Below, piece after piece: positions 60,781 through 64,000 of a stretch of DNA of 64,000 nucleotides; the stretch's first letter is position 1, and each line of letters starts with the position of its first letter. The notes below the pieces were generated by a model. That model was given only the letters and a program-made list of their open reading frames with translations, had not been told where the DNA came from and did no database searches. Both the position numbers and the translations under genes were made by a program. Location of the stretch: assembly GCA_008632985.1 (NCBI GenBank), contig QPGO01000082.1, positions 124,001 through 188,000 of the forward strand, written 5' to 3'. Source of the DNA: Psammoneis japonica (taxonomy: Eukaryota).

Positions 60781-61069
60781 GATGGCGGCGATCAGTCTCA
60801 GGCTGATGAGCCTTCCCGAGGTGGAAGTTCTTTGTTCCGCCGTCGCCAACGTCATCGCGATCCGTTGATTGACTCTTGTCTCTTGTCCCGTCTCAGATCA
60901 GTACAGTACTGTGGATTCAACGTCACTCGTGACACACCCGGCAGAATTTGCCAAAAGTTCTTTCTCGTTTCGCAACAACCCCACCGGTACCAAAAGAACT
61001 GTTGTGTCGACAGCAACGTGTGTTGTGCAATACAGATTGGAGGGCACGAGAAACTGACACTTCCTGACT

Positions 61070-62660
61070 ATGGCAACGAGCTCAATACATACACAACAAG
61101 AAGAGGATGAAACATCCTTTGGTTATTTTCCCGGCTTAGAATACGAGGAACCGCCTGAGAATCGCCGAGATTCTCATGAAGAAGAATCGTGCGTAGGAGA
61201 CGAAGAGTCCGAGAAGACAAAGAACTCCAAGCTGATGTTCCTTTTTCTGGTAATGGTTTTGGCAGGGGCATCGAATATGGTCTTGTTCAAGTTACAGGCC
61301 ATTCCAATGTACAACTATCCGAATTTCATCAATCTTTTCGGGAATTTGCTGTACATACCGATTCTTTTTGCCTACATTGTTCCGGTTGCAAAGTACGGCT
61401 TATTCGACAACGCGATATCAGAGGAACAACTGCGAATGCCCAAGAAACCCTTTGCAGTCATGGGTTGTTTGGATTGTATGGCCTGTATGATGCAAGTGTT
61501 CTCCTCTATCTATTTGCCAGGCCCACTGCTGATCCTCTTGCCGCAGGCTGCTATTCCGATAAGCATGGTTCTGTCGAAACAGATACTCGGTCAAAAATAC
61601 CGCGTAGTGCAGTATGTTGGGGCAGCCGTGGTACTTTGTGGTATCCTAGTTGTGATAGAGCCACTCTTGACCCATCGTCACTCTCCTGATAATATTTGTC
61701 AAGCGATTGACTTGGAGGAAGATTGCACAATATGTCAAGTTGAAACGACCCAAGAAGACTGTTTGTCACACCGAATGCCCATCGAACTGAACTCTGTAGT
61801 CGAGTTTTCTAATTACCTGTCAACGTTTGACAAAAACAGTAGTGCATCAGAGGGAACCTTGTGCGAATGGGTAGCTACTCAATCAGCTTCGACTCGAGAA
61901 GAGGAGCTACTTTTGGTATGGTCCATGGTTTCGATTTTGTCTTGCGTTCCCATGACGTTGTCAAGCATCTACAAGGAGATTGCACTGAGCCATGAGGCGT
62001 TTGAATTGGATCCAATTTACTTGAACGGTTGGGTTGCCATTTTTCAGTTCCTCTTTTCGGTTCTACTTGCTGTTCCTGGTGGGATGGCCTCATCGCCACC
62101 CGTGCAACCCATTGACTTACCGCGCAACATTCTCAATGGGCTCAAGTGTTATCTGGGTTGGGGCTCTATTGAAACGGGATGCCACCCTGATGATTACTGT
62201 GCGTCCCATGCCTCTTTACTGGTGAATCTTTGTCTTGCCATCAACGTAGTCTACACTCTTTCTTACACTCTCATACTCAAGTATGGATCCACAAGTTTAA
62301 TGGTAGGAAATTGACTGACCTGCATCGAGAATAGGTGTTGCGGCGGTGGCTCTTTTCTCACCATTCATTCTCTTCTCGTCCTTTCTGCAGTATTTGGCAT
62401 TCACAGCAGCCATTCCCGTGGGAAATTTTGCTTTTGCGTTACCATTCATGCCGCAAGCTACAACGTTTCATTTCTCGGACATATTGGGTCTCTGTGTCAT
62501 TCTGACTGGACTGGTGTTTTATCGGTTTGGCGATGCATCAAATGAGGACAAGGATAGAGGGAATGCACAGGAACTTGCTGCTGTACCGGTGCACTTGGAA
62601 GCGACAAGCGTTGAAGACAACACATTACGAGACCCGCTTTTAGGAAGGGAGCTTTTCTGA
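61070..62660 (+). CDS. CRT-like (chloroquine-resistance-transporter family) transporter; intron 62303-62390
   Basis: KLQAIPMYNYP, LPQAAIPISM, SSIYKEIAL, LKYGSTSLM|YLA; multiple TM segments. Confidence 0.88.
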
Positions 62661-63422
62661 TGAAGCAACGTGATCCCAATCAATAGGGAAGCGCATTGTA
62701 ATCCTCGCCATGTACATAAACAAAGAGGATACTACCTGGTACCAGTAAGTTAAAGACCGAATGCCCACAAAGTGCCTCTTCGAACGGGGAACACTTGGGC
62801 GAATAGTCAATAACACGAGAGAAAGTGTAAAGTAGCCAACAATGTCTTCGATTTTCATATCCGCAGTAGAAACGGAACGTTCTTTCGCAGACAGTTATAT
62901 TGAAACCACACTAGACCTACTAGCGTCACGTTTCGCAACTGCTTACAAAGTTCTACGGATCAGGACATCAGCTTCTTCGTACGTAACCGCGCCTCACTCG
63001 TCAACAACATCGTTACGAAGTTCCGAGAGGCGCCTTCCTTGGTAGCCCCTCTTAGCCATGCGAAAATAAAAAACTCCGCGATGATTTTTCTCTAACCACT
63101 TCTAATCAATGTACTTATTCTATGCCACTACCATACACCTCCCAATGGTATTCGATGCATGCTCCAACAGATATGCTCTAGCCAGAGATACAAATCCCAA
63201 ATTCCACGAACTGAGATTCTACGGACAATAATGGGCTTCGCAAGTTTGCCCACCAAGATGTTGTTAGACCACATGTTGTTGTCATCACTTAGCAAGACAC
63301 CGATAATGACAGAGGAGACAAATGAGATATATTCAGCTCCTGTCTCAACTCAAAATGCATTCGGTAAGACAGAGCCCGCCACCGACGCGGAGGCATCCGT
63401 TTACCTTGCCCCCACAGCCCGC

Positions 63423-64000
63423 TCAGGACAGAGAATCTTTCTCTTCCATTCTCAGAAATCGCAATTGTTCTTTGATCGTCTTGGCCAACTCCTCTTCCAA
63501 GCAGTTCTTCGCTTGTCTGAGGGCTTTAATCTCGGCATCAAATCGTTCAGCAGCAAGTTTGTTCGGCTGGATTTTTGCCGCTCTCTGCTTCAAATCATGG
63601 TGCTCCTTTTGGATTCGTCGAAGTTCTGTTCCAAGGACACTGTGGCTTGTTGAAGGGTACGAATCTCAGTGGCAGACTGGCTTTCAAGACTATCCAGTTG
63701 CGTCTTCAACGCCTGGCGTTCCTTTTGGATGCGAACCCGTTTTGCATGCGCACTCTTCAACCGAGTCGTCGAATCATTCATTTCTTGCCGGTGTTGCTCC
63801 CGAAGCTCCTTCAGCGTCGTCTCGTGTCGTTGAGACTGCTCCGTTTGTTTCTCCACGGACTTCTTCCGTTCCAATTCCACCAACGTATTCAAACGTGCCA
63901 CCTCCCACTCCAACTCTTCTTCCCGATTCTTGAAGCTTCGTTTCTTAAAGTTTGCGCTGTCGCCGCTCTTCATTTCGTTGCGCATCTTGTGCATTTTCTG
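63423..64000 (-). CDS. 3' end of a coiled-coil protein (partial); apparent 1-nt deletion in an A-run near 63608
   Basis: Heptad-rich E/K/Q/L ORF that continues as EHHDLKQRAAK...LEEELAK in the shifted frame. Confidence 0.6.

Overview
Eukaryotic nuclear DNA, most likely from a pennate diatom (inferred from short GT-AG introns, a CoDi-type Copia element, a bZIP-PAS gene and a CRT-like transporter). Ordinary host genes occupy about 1-14.7 kb and 56.8-64 kb. Between them lies a ~41-kb transposon-rich block (~15.1-55.9 kb) in which TpA has been almost erased and replaced by TpG/CpA; CpG is also lost in the most decayed parts. An intact PLAC8-family gene (28.6-29.6 kb) sits as an unmutated island, and its duplicate at 40.0-40.7 kb acts as an internal control. 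By hand alignment, 22/22 TpA sites are lost in the duplicate (20 as TA>TG or TA>CA), but only ~7/28 CpG. This points to a RIP-like but A:T>G:C, TpA-directed, one-copy-only hypermutation process that converts Tyr to Cys/His without creating stops. The block holds a decayed Copia (CoDi) element, two RLE-type non-LTR retroelements and DDE transposase relics. It also holds a putative ~14.5-kb Helitron-type element (41.4-55.9 kb) whose cargo resembles three chromatin modifiers (SET-domain, TET/JBP-like dioxygenase, DOT1-like methyltransferase) beside its Rep-Pif1 gene. All counts are by eye, and family calls come from motif recognition, not database searches.
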